The notes under the pieces are model-generated. The model made no database searches and was not told where the DNA came from. It saw only the letters and a program-made list of their open reading frames with translations. A stretch of 64,000 nt of DNA from positions 11,704 to 75,703 of the forward strand of contig DZAX01000005.1 of assembly GCA_022729705.1 (NCBI GenBank), read 5' to 3'. The translations under genes were made by a program, and so were the position numbers. The stretch is from Helicobacter cetorum (lineage in GTDB: Bacteria; Campylobacterota; Campylobacteria; Campylobacterales; UBA6016). Positions 1-10,396 of the stretch are shown here, in pieces. How positions within the stretch are numbered: the first letter of the stretch is position 1; each line of letters opens with the position of its first letter.

Positions 1-7
1 GTTGACT

Positions 8-235
8 TTATTTTTTTATAATTTTGATTTTATCAAGGCTAAGCTCTTCAAAGCTTGAGCTTGCTTCTATATTTTGATCTTTTACTTTTACTAGTAGCTC
101 GTTTCTAAATATAGGCACGTCGATAGGAGCGTCAAAACCCAGTTTAACTTGATTTTGGTCTATTGAGATAATCTTAACGGTTATATTTTTACCGATTGTT
201 ATAGACTCGCCTATTTTTCTAGATAGTAGCAACAT
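8..235 (-). CDS. csrA: carbon storage regulator CsrA (75 aa)
   Basis: Translation MLLLSRKIGESITIG...VKLGFDAP carries the conserved CsrA/RsmA N-terminal signature. The size is typical. Confidence 0.9.
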   Translation of the reverse strand: MLLLSRKIGESITIGKNITVKIISIDQNQVKLGFDAPIDVPIFRNELLVKVKDQNIEASSSFEELSLDKIKIIKK

Positions 236-246
236 AAAAGACGCCT

Positions 247-1068
247 TTAAATTTCTATATTGTTTAGTTTGTAAATAATTTTTTGCTCTTTAATCTCTAT
301 GATAGAAAGAGCGTCTCCTCTGTCTAAATAGTAGACGCCGTCCTCTTGTATTTCAAAGTCGCTTATATCCACTTTTTTACCGTGGATTATATCTGTTTTA
401 TCTTTTTTGTAACGATTTTTTGGGATTTTAAGAGACTCTCTTATGTCAAGCTCTTTTTTGTTTTCATATCTGAATTTGCCCTCCGATAACCTCTCAAGAG
501 AAGAGAGCGCGCCGCATACCCCAAGGTTTTTAGCCGTTATCTCGCCTAGCGTTCTCACATACGCACCCTTTGAGACGCTAACCTCAAACGTTACAAAAGG
601 GTGCGAATACAAAATAAGCTTTGCGTCAAATACCTTTATGGCGCACTCTTTTAGCTTTACCTCTTTATCCGCCCTCGCTAGTTCGTACGCTCTTTTTCCG
701 TCAACTCTTTTTGCGCTATATTTTGGAGGGGTAATTGTTGAAATATCTTTTAGTCCAACAATCGCTTTTTGAATAGTTAACAGCTCAAATATCGGTGTTT
801 CTTCGATTGTTGTGGCTCCCTCTATGTCAAGCGTTTCGCTTTTGGCTCCAAGCCAAAGTGTCGCTCTATATCTTTTTGGCTCCAATTCTACATAGTTAAA
901 GAGTCTGGAGGCACCCTCTGTTGCGATTAGCAGTGTTCCTGTAGCAAATGGGTCTAGCGTGCCGCTATATCCGGCTGATTTTACCTTGAACTCTCTTTTA
1001 ATTCTTGATAGATAGTTGTTTGAGGAGACAAAAAGCGGCTTGTAGCCTACAAATAAACTCCCCCTCAT
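247..1068 (-). CDS. truB: tRNA pseudouridine(55) synthase TruB (273 aa)
   Basis: GYSGTLDPFATGTLLIA motif with the catalytic Asp. 4-nt overlap with the upstream helicase gene. Confidence 0.9.
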   Translation of the reverse strand: MRGSLFVGYKPLFVSSNNYLSRIKREFKVKSAGYSGTLDPFATGTLLIATEGASRLFNYVELEPKRYRATLWLGAKSETLDIEGATTIEETPIFELLTIQKAIVGLKDISTITPPKYSAKRVDGKRAYELARADKEVKLKECAIKVFDAKLILYSHPFVTFEVSVSKGAYVRTLGEITAKNLGVCGALSSLERLSEGKFRYENKKELDIRESLKIPKNRYKKDKTDIIHGKKVDISDFEIQEDGVYYLDRGDALSIIEIKEQKIIYKLNNIEI

Positions 1069-3122
1069 ACCGCTTTTTCCACAAACGACGCCAAAATATC
1101 CCTATACGTTCCGCCAAAATTTATTTTTAGTTTTAACTCTTTGCCAACCTTTGTAATCTCCATTACTCTTCCAAATCCAAATATTTTATGTTTTACCAAA
1201 TCATTTTTACTATACGCAGAGCCGCCGCCTATCGCTATAGGTGCGTCTGTAAGCCCGGCTTCTTTTACAAATCTGCTAATCGGCGGATAATCTCTTTTTC
1301 CATATACAAATCTACTTTTTGAGCTAGCAAGATAGAGCTTATCTTTTGCTCTAGTAAACGCCACATAGCAAAGCCGCCTCTCCTCTTCCATGTCCGTGCG
1401 CTCGTTTGAGACCGGAAAAAACCCCTCTTCCATCGCCGCCACAAAAACTATTTTGTATTCTAGCCCCTTTGAGGCGTGAACGGTCATTATCGGCACATCT
1501 TGCCCAAAGTCCGCATCCACGTCGCTTTGAATGCTAATATCGTTTAGATACTCCTCTATCTCCACCTCGGGACGCTCTTTGAAATACTCTTTTAGCGAGC
1601 CATAAAACTCGTCTAGGTTTGCCGCGCGCTCCTCTTCGCTTGAGAGAGATAAAAAGAATTTTTTTAGCCACGTGATATTTTCAAACTCTTCGAGTAGCGC
1701 AAACGTGGACTCCTCTTTTTTAACTCTTAACGTGTCTACAATTTGCGCGAAGTTTTTTAGTTCCCCAAAGGTTTTTTTGCCGACCGCTTGAAGTACGGCG
1801 TCGCTGTAAAGTTCGTTTGATAATAGTTCGTACGTTTGCACGCCAAGCTTTGCGCATAGAGCCTCTAGCTTTTCCACGCTTGTTTTGCCGATACCTCTTT
1901 TTGGTTTATTGATGACTCTTTTCATCGAAAAGTCATCGTTTGGATTTATCGCCAACCTCAAATATGCGATAGCGTCCCTAATCTCTACTCTCTCATAAAA
2001 CTTCATACCGCCGACAAATACATACCCAAGGTTTTGCGCCCGAAACCCCTCTTCGATAGCCCTTGAAACAGCGTTTATGCGAAAAAATACAGCTATATTG
2101 GACGCCCTTTCACCTTTTTTTACCAGCTCCTTTATTGTTTGAGCTATCCACTTGGCTTCTTCTTTTTCATCTTCAAAGTGTTTGTACTCAACCGCTTCCA
2201 TATTGTCTCTAGTCGGCTTTAGCTTTTTGGCAAATCTATTTTTATTATTTGCAATAACTGAGTTTGCAATCTCTAAGATATTTGCGCTTGAGCGGTAGTT
2301 CTCTTCTAATTTTACAACTTTTGCGCCGTGAAAAGATGATTCAAAAGAGAGAATATTCTCTACCTTTGCACCTCTAAAGCTATATATGCTTTGGTCATCG
2401 TCGCCCACCACGCAAATATTGTTGTGCGAGTAGCAAAGTAGCCGTAATAGCTCAAACTGCAAAGAGTTTGTGTCCTGATACTCGTCAACCATGATGTATT
2501 GATACTTAAGACTAGTCGCCTCCGCAACCTCTTTAAAGGCGCTCAAAATACGATAAGGCAATAGTAGTAAGTCGTCAAAATCCACAAGATTGTTTGCCGC
2601 TATGTACTCCTCGTATTTTGAGTAGACAGCCGCAACCTCTTTTTCAATCTCTGTTTTTGCGATTTTTCGTACGTCTTCGGGACTTAGCAGGGCGTTTTTG
2701 TAGCTTGATATTAGATACGATGCGCTTGAAGTCTGGACATTTTTACAAAAAGGTTTTACTGCCCTATTTTTGTCATCAGTGTCTATTACGTTAAAAGAGC
2801 TATTGCGTCCAAGCTTTGAGATATGAAAACGCAAAAATATAAGCCCAAATTTGTGAAATGTACACAAAAGAGGCGGATAAGGAGCACCCTCTATCATGCT
2901 AAGGGCTCTATTTCGCATCTCCTCGGCGGCTTTGTTTGTGAAGGTGAGCGTAAGGACGCTTCCCGGGTCTATTCCTAGGCTAAGTAGATACGCCAATCTT
3001 GTTGTTATGGTCTTTGTTTTACCGCTTCCCGCTCCTGCCAAAATCAGTAAAGGACCGTCTACTAATGTGGCTGCTTCTCTTTGTGCGGCGTTGAGTTCGT
3101 TTATTTTTTTTTCAATCAGCAT
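1065..3122 (-). CDS. pcrA: UvrD/Rep/PcrA-family SF1 DNA helicase (685 aa)
   Basis: Walker A AGAGSGKTKT, motif II VDEYQDTN, VHASKGLEY and a C-terminal region typical of PcrA/UvrD. Confidence 0.85.
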   Translation of the reverse strand: MLIEKKINELNAAQREAATLVDGPLLILAGAGSGKTKTITTRLAYLLSLGIDPGSVLTLTFTNKAAEEMRNRALSMIEGAPYPPLLCTFHKFGLIFLRFHISKLGRNSSFNVIDTDDKNRAVKPFCKNVQTSSASYLISSYKNALLSPEDVRKIAKTEIEKEVAAVYSKYEEYIAANNLVDFDDLLLLPYRILSAFKEVAEATSLKYQYIMVDEYQDTNSLQFELLRLLCYSHNNICVVGDDDQSIYSFRGAKVENILSFESSFHGAKVVKLEENYRSSANILEIANSVIANNKNRFAKKLKPTRDNMEAVEYKHFEDEKEEAKWIAQTIKELVKKGERASNIAVFFRINAVSRAIEEGFRAQNLGYVFVGGMKFYERVEIRDAIAYLRLAINPNDDFSMKRVINKPKRGIGKTSVEKLEALCAKLGVQTYELLSNELYSDAVLQAVGKKTFGELKNFAQIVDTLRVKKEESTFALLEEFENITWLKKFFLSLSSEEERAANLDEFYGSLKEYFKERPEVEIEEYLNDISIQSDVDADFGQDVPIMTVHASKGLEYKIVFVAAMEEGFFPVSNERTDMEEERRLCYVAFTRAKDKLYLASSKSRFVYGKRDYPPISRFVKEAGLTDAPIAIGGGSAYSKNDLVKHKIFGFGRVMEITKVGKELKLKINFGGTYRDILASFVEKAV

Positions 3123-3289
3123 TAAAACTATTCTAATCTCTTTATCGGTATAAATTTTCTTAATATAATGGGTGAAATTATATAAAAAACAATTTAATTT
3201 TTTAAAATTCTATTTATATCTTGAAATTATAGATAAAAACTTGTTATACTTTTGTAACTTTTTCAAAAAATAAGTGGGAGACTATAAAA

Positions 3290-4201
3290 ATGTTAAAAGA
3301 TTTTGCCAAGGTACTTACCTTTTTAACCGTCGTTAGGGAGCGAAGCTTTTCAAAAGCGAGCGCAAAAATGGGTATATCACAACCAGCCGTTACGCAACAG
3401 ATAAAATTTATCGAAGAGTATATGCAAGTAAAACTTTTGGATAGAAAGAAAAATGGAATACTTCTTACAAAAGAGGGCGACGAGCTTTATAAAATAGCCC
3501 AAAGATTGGAAAAATGTATTCAAAACACAGAAAAAGGGATAGTAAGAATAATCAATAAAGAGCTAAATTTCATTATTTCAAGTTCTTACACCATAGGCAG
3601 TTACATTCTTCCAAGCTATCTAAATGATATTAAAGAGTCCATTGCAAACGAAGTATTTATTAATATCAAAAAATCAAATGAGGCTATTGATGATCTTGTG
3701 AGCGAGAAAGCGGATATAGCTCTTATTGAGAGTCCAAATTTTAGAGATGGCGTAATCTATAGAGAGTGGATGGAAGATGAGCTTGTATTTTTTAGCAATA
3801 TGCTACTTCCAAAATATATAAAACCGTCAGATCTAAAAAAATATGCGTGGGTTTGTAGGGAAGAAAACTCTCATACTAGAAAAGTAATGGCTGAGATTTT
3901 TGGAGAATTGGCTCTTTCGTGCGCTGAAGACTTTGATATGCACTCTGTGCTTAGCGACTCTACGGCGGTTAAGCAGACGATACTCAAGTATCCCACAGAC
4001 GCAAAAAAACAAGTAATAGCCGTAATGTCAAGATTTATTATCGCGGATGAAGTGGAAAGAGGCGTATTATTTGAATCAAGACTAAGGACAAAAAAGATAA
4101 AAAGAAAGCTTTATATAGCTTACCTAAAGCAAGATAAGCATAACGCATATGTGGATAACGTTGTAAAATACCTGCAAGGTATTAAACTGGCTAATAGTTG
4201 A
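3290..4201 (+). CDS. LysR-family transcriptional regulator (303 aa)
   Basis: N-terminal wHTH FSKASAKMGISQPAVTQQIKFIEE followed by a LysR-type substrate-binding region. Confidence 0.85.
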   Translation: MLKDFAKVLTFLTVVRERSFSKASAKMGISQPAVTQQIKFIEEYMQVKLLDRKKNGILLTKEGDELYKIAQRLEKCIQNTEKGIVRIINKELNFIISSSYTIGSYILPSYLNDIKESIANEVFINIKKSNEAIDDLVSEKADIALIESPNFRDGVIYREWMEDELVFFSNMLLPKYIKPSDLKKYAWVCREENSHTRKVMAEIFGELALSCAEDFDMHSVLSDSTAVKQTILKYPTDAKKQVIAVMSRFIIADEVERGVLFESRLRTKKIKRKLYIAYLKQDKHNAYVDNVVKYLQGIKLANS

Positions 4202-4204
4202 CGA

Positions 4205-4376
4205 TATACGCTAAGACGGGCAAAAGCCCGTGTTGGCGGCAAAGGACATAAATGTCCCTTGCGACCCCCTGAAGCTCATTTGATGTTATACGCTAACACG
4301 AGCAAAGCCCGTGTTGGCGGCAAAGGACATAAATGTCCCTTGCGACCCCCTGAAGCTACCCGCATTCGCGGGAGAG
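4205..4376 (+). repeat. mosaic hairpin repeat, two tandem units (4205-4276 and 4287-4357) plus terminal hairpin ACCCGCattcGCGGGAGAG
   Basis: A near-identical ~72-nt unit (tatacgctaaNacgNgcaaagcccgtgttggcggcaaaggacataaatgtcccttgcgaccccctgaagct) occurs twice, 83 nt apart. The same modules recur at 13 other sites. Confidence 0.9.
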
Positions 4377-4401
4377 CGGAGGTTTTATGTACTTAAGGCG
4401 G

Positions 4402-4872
4402 TTACTTTAAGAACCTTTTGTTTTCTGGTCTGCTTAGTAGTTTTTCCATTGATCTCTCAGCGGTTGCCACCTCTTTGTTGGAGTTTTTGGCTTTTCGTTT
4501 TGGCTTTTCTCTTCCGGCGCATATATTGATAAAAATAGGTGTTTCTTCTACTATTATCTGCACAATACCAGAAAGATCGATTGCTACTAGCGAGGCGTAG
4601 TTGTCTGCGCCAAAGCCGGCTTCAAAGTAGAGCGTATCGCCAGAATCGTTAATATAAGCGCTCTCAAAAGAGTAGTTTGATAATACAAAAAGGGCTACTT
4701 GCTTGATATGTTTTTTTATTTCAGGCGGTAATTCCGGCTCAAAGACGACATCGTCGGTGCCGCAGATTACGCCAAACTCCACTTCGTGATCAAGCATAAA
4801 CGAGATAATCTCGCGCGCATTTTCATGCATACTCTCGCAAAATTTTTCATTATTTATTAATTTGTCTAACAT
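4402..4872 (-). CDS. hypothetical protein, possibly SspB-like ClpXP adaptor (156 aa from Met at 4872)
   Basis: The listed ORF runs to 4965, but its first 31 codons read through the repeat copy at 4929-5018, so the start was moved to MLDKLINNEK. The core TLYFEAGFGADNYASLVAIDLSGIVQII and the basic or disordered tail resemble SspB (ARFGG...VPL..V..IY). The resemblance is weak. Confidence 0.45.
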   Translation of the reverse strand: MLDKLINNEKFCESMHENAREIISFMLDHEVEFGVICGTDDVVFEPELPPEIKKHIKQVALFVLSNYSFESAYINDSGDTLYFEAGFGADNYASLVAIDLSGIVQIIVEETPIFINICAGREKPKRKAKNSNKEVATAERSMEKLLSRPENKRFLK

Positions 4873-4928
4873 TGTTTGCCTATAGTTTTGATCTAAACCT
4901 GCACGCTTAAAAGTGTGCAGAGTCCGCA

Positions 4929-5018
4929 ATTCTCCGGCGAAGCCGGTAGCTTCAGGGGGATGCAAGGGGCGAGTAGCCCCTGCCGCAAATGCGGGCTTTG
5001 CTCGTATTTGTGCGTAAC
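4929..5018 (-). repeat. mosaic hairpin repeat (reverse orientation, GGGGC/GCCCC variant of hairpin 2)
   Basis: attctccggcgaagccggtagcttcagggggatgcaaggggcgagtagcccctgccgcaaatgcgggctttgctcgtatttgtgcg. Nearly the same string occurs at 45836-45935. Confidence 0.85.
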
Positions 5019-5116
5019 ATCAATAGCTGGTGTAAATTGTTATGAGTCGGTAAAGTTCTGTCGGATGTATCAATGCACCTATTTTAACAAAAAATTTTAT
5101 AATCTACGCCTTTTGC

Positions 5117-5737
5117 TTATAATCCAAGCAGCAGTACCGAAAAAAGCGCCTCCGCCTCTTTGTCGTTAAATAACATGGTATTGCCGGTTTCAAAGAAGTC
5201 GTTTAGCTTTTGCTTGTTAAATCCCTCTTGAAAAACGCAGTTTTCGTGCGATGGTAAAAATCCTCTACCCAGCGCGACGTTCTCCTCGCCGATTGCGCCG
5301 CCGCAAAAGAAGCATTGATGTAGGTGATGAAAACGTCCCTCGTGTTTAAGTATAGATAAATAACTCTCTACAATAGTTCGTTTTGCGGAGCTTTTTTCTA
5401 GCCTCAAAGCGGCGTTTTGGAGGGCTTCAAAATAAAAACCGCCATGCTCGTTTACCTCTTTTAGATGTGAATAAAGTAGTAGGCAAAAAGATTGCCATAC
5501 AAGCAGTTTGCCCCTGTCTCTGAGCCACCCATATCCAAGATGGGTTACGTCCCTTAGCCTTAAAAGTTGGCGGTTTTGGATAGCCTCAGAGGCAAAATCT
5601 ATCTTGTATCCAAGATTGATAGAGGAGTGTCTGGCTCCGTAAAAGCGGTACATCGTTTTGATTTTGCTCTCTGTAATGACCGTAACTAGCAAATCCTCTT
5701 CTCTTATTTTTCTTATGTTTAGAATAAAACCTTGCAT
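5117..5737 (-). CDS. recO: DNA repair protein RecO (about 206 aa from MQGFIL start)
   Basis: MQGFILNIRKIREEDLLVTVITE..YRFYGARHS N-terminus and a C-terminal CFFCG...C zinc-finger-like motif are typical of epsilonproteobacterial RecO. The upstream 28 codons of the listed ORF lie inside the repeat at 5796-5870. Confidence 0.6.
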   Translation of the reverse strand: MQGFILNIRKIREEDLLVTVITESKIKTMYRFYGARHSSINLGYKIDFASEAIQNRQLLRLRDVTHLGYGWLRDRGKLLVWQSFCLLLYSHLKEVNEHGGFYFEALQNAALRLEKSSAKRTIVESYLSILKHEGRFHHLHQCFFCGGAIGEENVALGRGFLPSHENCVFQEGFNKQKLNDFFETGNTMLFNDKEAEALFSVLLLGL

Positions 5738-5795
5738 TAGCCTAAAAACTTCAATTATAGTTCCACCTTGCGCGCTTTTGCGCATAAAACCCACA

Positions 5796-5870
5796 CTCTC
5801 CCACAAATGGGGAAGCTTCAAGGGACATTCATATCCATGCCGCCAATACGAGCTTTGCCTGTATTGGCGT
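5796..5870 (-). repeat. degenerate mosaic hairpin repeat
   Basis: ctctcccacaaatggggaagcttca-agggacattcatatccatgc-cgccaatacgagctttgcctgtattggcg. All three modules are recognisable in reverse orientation. Confidence 0.7.
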
Positions 5871-5979
5871 GTAATATCAAAACGTCCTTACGCCTAATTT
5901 ATTAGGATTTTACCAGTTTTTTAGTAAGCTTACAAATTTGATTTTCCAAAAAATTTGGAATAAGTCTTAAGGAACATAG

Positions 5980-8900
5980 ATGGATTTACTCTCTTCATTT
6001 AAAGACAATTGCGGTTTCGGCGCATTGGTCAGCATAAAAAATATACCGGATCATAAAATAGTTGAAGACTCTATAACAGCGCTAGAGCGCATGATGCACA
6101 GAGGCGCAATAGCCGCTGATGGCAAAAGCGGGGACGGTAGCGGGCTTTTGTTTGCTATGCCTAGAGAATTTATGAGCTATGCGGCAAAAAATGCTGGATA
6201 CGATTTGCCTGAACAGTTTGCGGTGGCGCAAGTATTTTTCACGGATGAAAAACAAAAAGATGTTTTCAAAGCTAAATGCGAAGCAAACGATTTAAATATA
6301 TTGTTTTATAGAAAAGTTCCGGTTAATACGGAGGCTTTGGGTAGTCAAGCTCTTGAGGCTTTGCCTAGCATAGAACAAGTGTTTGTCGTCTCAAACTCGC
6401 TTATGTCTGCAAAAAGATTTGACGCTTTGCTTTATCTGACTAGAAAAGAGATAGAGCATGCGATAGAAGATGACGATTTTTATATCTGCTCTTTTTCAAG
6501 TAGCCTTATAAGCTATAAAGGGCTTGTGATGCCTACGCATATTAGGGAGTTTTTTAAAGATCTTGCAAGTAAAAAATTTAAAGCCTCTTTTGTGCTATTT
6601 CATCAAAGATTTTCTACTAATACACTTCCAAAGTGGAGATTGGCGCAACCTTTTAGGGCTCTTGCGCATAACGGCGAAATAAACTCCGTTGAAGCAAATA
6701 GATACAACGTCATAGCAAAAAGCGAATCTCTAAAGAGTGAAGTTTTTACGGATGAAGAGATAAAAAGAATATTGCCAATATTGCAAGAGGGCGTTTCGGA
6801 CTCCGCTAGCCTTGACAACTTCTTTGAGTTTTTGACAATAAACGGTTATGATTTTTTCAAAGCGGCAAGAGCTCTTATTCCTGCTCCTTGGCAAAATGCG
6901 CCGTATCTTGATGCAGGACTTAGAAGCTTTTATGAGTACAGTTCAACCTGTTTTGAAGCGTGGGATGGTCCAGCGGCGGTTACGCTCACAAATGGTAGAT
7001 ATATCGGGTGTGTGCTTGATAGAAATGGGCTTAGACCTGCAAAATATATTATTACCAAAGACGCAAAAATACTTATCGCAAGCGAATACGGCGTGCTTGA
7101 TATAGACGAGAGCGAGATAGTGGAGAGGGGCAGACTTCAAGGCGGGCAGATGATAGGCGTAGACTTAAAGTTTGGCAAAGTGCTAAAAAACGACGACATC
7201 AACGAATATCTTAAAAACTCAAAACCGTACGCCAAGTGGCTAAATAGACATATGCTTCATATGCAAGAGTTTTTGGACTCTTCGGCTGAGCGTTCCGCTT
7301 ATGAGTGTGACAAGCTTGCGCAAAAACAACTCTATTTTGGCTACAACTATGAGCTAATCGACATGGTCGTGCGCCCGATGATGGAAGAGGGCAAAGAAAA
7401 CACAGGCTCCATGGGCGACGACACGCCATTAGCCGCTTTTAGTAAAGAGTTTAGACCGTTTGGAGATTACTTCAAGCAAAAATTCGCTCAAGTGACCAAT
7501 CCGCCTATAGATCCGATAAGAGAAAGGGTTGTTATGAGCCTAAATACAGGCTTTGGCGAGATACACAATATTCTTAGCGAAACGGAAGAGAACGCAAAAA
7601 GAATAAAAACATTCTCGCCGCTTCTTAGCCACGATAAACTAAGCGTACTTCTTAGTTTTGGGGATGAGAGTAATCCTAGATATGAGACGTGCTACAAAAA
7701 TCAAACTTTTTACACCGTTTATGAAAACGACCTTGAAACCGAACTTGACGCGCTTGCATATGAGGCGGCGAGAGCTATCAAGGAAAACGGCGTAAGAGTT
7801 ATTGTTTTGGATGATAGAGCCGTTTGCGAGGATAAAAAGTTTATTCCAATGGCAATGGTTGTCGGACGGCTCAACTCTGTGTTTTTGGAAGTGGGAGTTA
7901 GACATCTTGCCTCGATAGTTTGTATAAGTGCCGAGGCGTTTGATTCGCATACCTCCGCCGTGCTAGTGGCGTATGGAGCCAGCGCCATCTATCCGTATCT
8001 ATTCTATGCGACTGTTTGTGATATTTGCAAGTCAAAAGAGCTAAGCGACTACCAAACAAAAAAATCCCTCAAAAACGCCCATCACGCTATAGATTTGGGC
8101 TTTCAAAAGATACTCTCAAAAATGGGTATAGCTACGATAGCTTCTTATAGAAATTCAGGCTTATTTGATTGTCTTGGACTTTCCAAAAATGTTGTGCAAA
8201 AATGCTTCACCGTCTCTTACACGCCTATCGGCGGTCTAGACTTTGCCGATATAGCCGCCAAAATAGAAGAAAAACACGCCTCTGTTTTCAAAAAACACAC
8301 CGTAGCAAAAATTTTTCCTCTCGAAATAGGCGGTTTTTATAAGTTTAGCTTGGGAGGCGAGTATCACGACTACTCTCCATCTGTTGTATACGCTATGCAA
8401 AAAATGGTAGAAACCGGCGCAAAAGAGGATTTTTTGCGCTATAAAACTCTTGTTAACGGTAGAAATCAGAAGATGATAAGAGACTTTTTAGCGCTCTCTT
8501 CTGATAGGGCGCCTATTGATTTAGGGCAAGTAGAACCAAAAGAAGCGATATTTAAAAGATTTGCGACAGCCGCCATGAGCCTTGGCTCTATAAGCCCTGA
8601 AGCACACGAAGCGATGGCTGAGGCGATGAATAGAATTGGCGGTATGTCAAACTCAGGAGAGGGTGGCGAGAGTCCTGAGAGGCTTAAATCATCCAAAAAC
8701 TCAAAGATAAAACAAGTAGCCTCCGGAAGATTTGGCGTGACTCCGGCGTATCTAAGAAGCGCCACAGAGATTCAAATCAAACTAGCTCAGGGCGCAAAAC
8801 CAGGCGAGGGTGGACAGCTTCCGGGGCATAAAGTAACCCCGCTTATCGCAAAACTAAGATTTACAGTTCCCGGCGTAACTCTTATATCCCCGCCGCCTCA

Positions 8901-10395
8901 CCATGATATTTACTCTATCGAAGATTTGGCACAACTGATATTTGACTTAAAACAGGTAAATCCAAAAGCTAGAATCTCCGTCAAACTTGTTTCAACGGTT
9001 GGCGTAGGAACTATCGCAGCCGGCGTGGCAAAAGCGTATGCGGACAAAATTATCATCTCCGGCGGCGACGGCGGTACGGGTGCGGCTCCGCTAACCTCTA
9101 TCAAATTTGCCGGAAACCCTTGGGAGATAGGTCTTGTGGAAGCGCACAACGCCCTTAAGGTTAACCACCTAAGAGAGTTTGTAAGGCTGGAGACTGACGG
9201 CGGACTAAAAACAGGTCTTGACGTCGTAAAAGCGACAATGCTAGGCGCCGAATCGTATGCGTTTGGCACCTCTTCATTGGCTATATTGGGGTGTAAGATA
9301 CTTAGAGTTTGCCACCTAAATAGATGTACCGAGGGAATCGCCACACAAGAGCCGGAGCTTAGAGGTAACTTTAGGGGAACGGCTGAGAAGATAGTACAGT
9401 TTTTTGAGTTTTTGGCTGAGGACGTAAGAGAGATACTCGCAAGTATCGGCTATACGAGTCTTGATGAGATAGTCGGCAAATCAGAGCTTCTAAAAGTAGT
9501 TGACGATGAGTTTGCCGCCAAATTTGACTTTAGTAGAATATTGCAAAAAGTTGACGGTTTTGACAAATGTCAAAGAGCGACAAACACTCCGTTTGATAAC
9601 AATGAGTTTGAAAAAGAGATGCTTGAGAAGATAAGACCGACAATCAAAAACACAGACAACAGCGTAATAATAGAAAAAGAGATAACAAATCTAAATAGAA
9701 GCTTTGGCGCTCTTTTGAGCGGCGAAATAGCTCAATACTACGGTGACAATGGACTGAAAGAGGGCGCTATATCTATTAAATTAAAAGGTATAGCTGGACA
9801 GTCGCTTGGCGCGTTTTTGAACAATGGAATTTCCATCTATCTTGACGGTTACGCAAACGACTATGTTTGCAAAGGTATGCACGGCGGAAAAGTGGTTATA
9901 ACTCCAAAACTCTCAGGCGAAGAGTTTGCGGCGGCGGGTAACACTTGCCTTTATGGGGCGACTGGAGGAGAGCTTTTTATCTCCGGTTTGGTGGGCGAGA
10001 GATTTGGCGTTAGAAACTCCGGCGCACTCGCCGTCATAGAGGGAAGCGGAGATCACGCTTGCGAATATATGACAAGAGGCGTAGTTGTAATACTGGGTCG
10101 CACCGGCATCAACTTTGGAGCGGGTATGACGGGTGGAATAGCTTTTGTGCATGATAAAGAAAAAGAGTTTATTGATAAGCTAAACGGCGAACTGGTGTTT
10201 GCCCAAAGAATAGACACAGACGATAGCGACGAGGTAAGGCAATACCTAAAAAAGATACTCAAAAAACACTACGCTGAAACTAAGAGCGAAAAGGCGATAA
10301 GCATACTTAACGCATTTAGACAAGAGGTGAGATATTTTTGGCTTGTAATGCCAAAAGATATGAAGTCCCCTCTAAATCCAGAGGAGGGCAACTAA
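5980..10395 (+). CDS. gltB: glutamate synthase large subunit (1471 aa)
   Basis: N-terminal ...CGFGALV Ntn-amidotransferase Cys, central SPPPHHDIYSIEDLAQLI FMN-domain motif and a C-terminal GXGXG beta-helix region. Confidence 0.95.
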   Translation: MDLLSSFKDNCGFGALVSIKNIPDHKIVEDSITALERMMHRGAIAADGKSGDGSGLLFAMPREFMSYAAKNAGYDLPEQFAVAQVFFTDEKQKDVFKAKCEANDLNILFYRKVPVNTEALGSQALEALPSIEQVFVVSNSLMSAKRFDALLYLTRKEIEHAIEDDDFYICSFSSSLISYKGLVMPTHIREFFKDLASKKFKASFVLFHQRFSTNTLPKWRLAQPFRALAHNGEINSVEANRYNVIAKSESLKSEVFTDEEIKRILPILQEGVSDSASLDNFFEFLTINGYDFFKAARALIPAPWQNAPYLDAGLRSFYEYSSTCFEAWDGPAAVTLTNGRYIGCVLDRNGLRPAKYIITKDAKILIASEYGVLDIDESEIVERGRLQGGQMIGVDLKFGKVLKNDDINEYLKNSKPYAKWLNRHMLHMQEFLDSSAERSAYECDKLAQKQLYFGYNYELIDMVVRPMMEEGKENTGSMGDDTPLAAFSKEFRPFGDYFKQKFAQVTNPPIDPIRERVVMSLNTGFGEIHNILSETEENAKRIKTFSPLLSHDKLSVLLSFGDESNPRYETCYKNQTFYTVYENDLETELDALAYEAARAIKENGVRVIVLDDRAVCEDKKFIPMAMVVGRLNSVFLEVGVRHLASIVCISAEAFDSHTSAVLVAYGASAIYPYLFYATVCDICKSKELSDYQTKKSLKNAHHAIDLGFQKILSKMGIATIASYRNSGLFDCLGLSKNVVQKCFTVSYTPIGGLDFADIAAKIEEKHASVFKKHTVAKIFPLEIGGFYKFSLGGEYHDYSPSVVYAMQKMVETGAKEDFLRYKTLVNGRNQKMIRDFLALSSDRAPIDLGQVEPKEAIFKRFATAAMSLGSISPEAHEAMAEAMNRIGGMSNSGEGGESPERLKSSKNSKIKQVASGRFGVTPAYLRSATEIQIKLAQGAKPGEGGQLPGHKVTPLIAKLRFTVPGVTLISPPPHHDIYSIEDLAQLIFDLKQVNPKARISVKLVSTVGVGTIAAGVAKAYADKIIISGGDGGTGAAPLTSIKFAGNPWEIGLVEAHNALKVNHLREFVRLETDGGLKTGLDVVKATMLGAESYAFGTSSLAILGCKILRVCHLNRCTEGIATQEPELRGNFRGTAEKIVQFFEFLAEDVREILASIGYTSLDEIVGKSELLKVVDDEFAAKFDFSRILQKVDGFDKCQRATNTPFDNNEFEKEMLEKIRPTIKNTDNSVIIEKEITNLNRSFGALLSGEIAQYYGDNGLKEGAISIKLKGIAGQSLGAFLNNGISIYLDGYANDYVCKGMHGGKVVITPKLSGEEFAAAGNTCLYGATGGELFISGLVGERFGVRNSGALAVIEGSGDHACEYMTRGVVVILGRTGINFGAGMTGGIAFVHDKEKEFIDKLNGELVFAQRIDTDDSDEVRQYLKKILKKHYAETKSEKAISILNAFRQEVRYFWLVMPKDMKSPLNPEEGN

Positions 10396-10396
10396 T

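Noticed and set aside
4873-4965. N-terminal extensions of listed ORFs: 4402..4965, 5117..5821, 13109.., 14715.., 15840.. and 52478...
   Set aside because: The extra codons read through repeat elements such as agcttcaggggg and gggacataaatgtccc. Conserved protein N-termini with proper RBS spacing start downstream, so the extensions are artefacts of open frames in the repeats.
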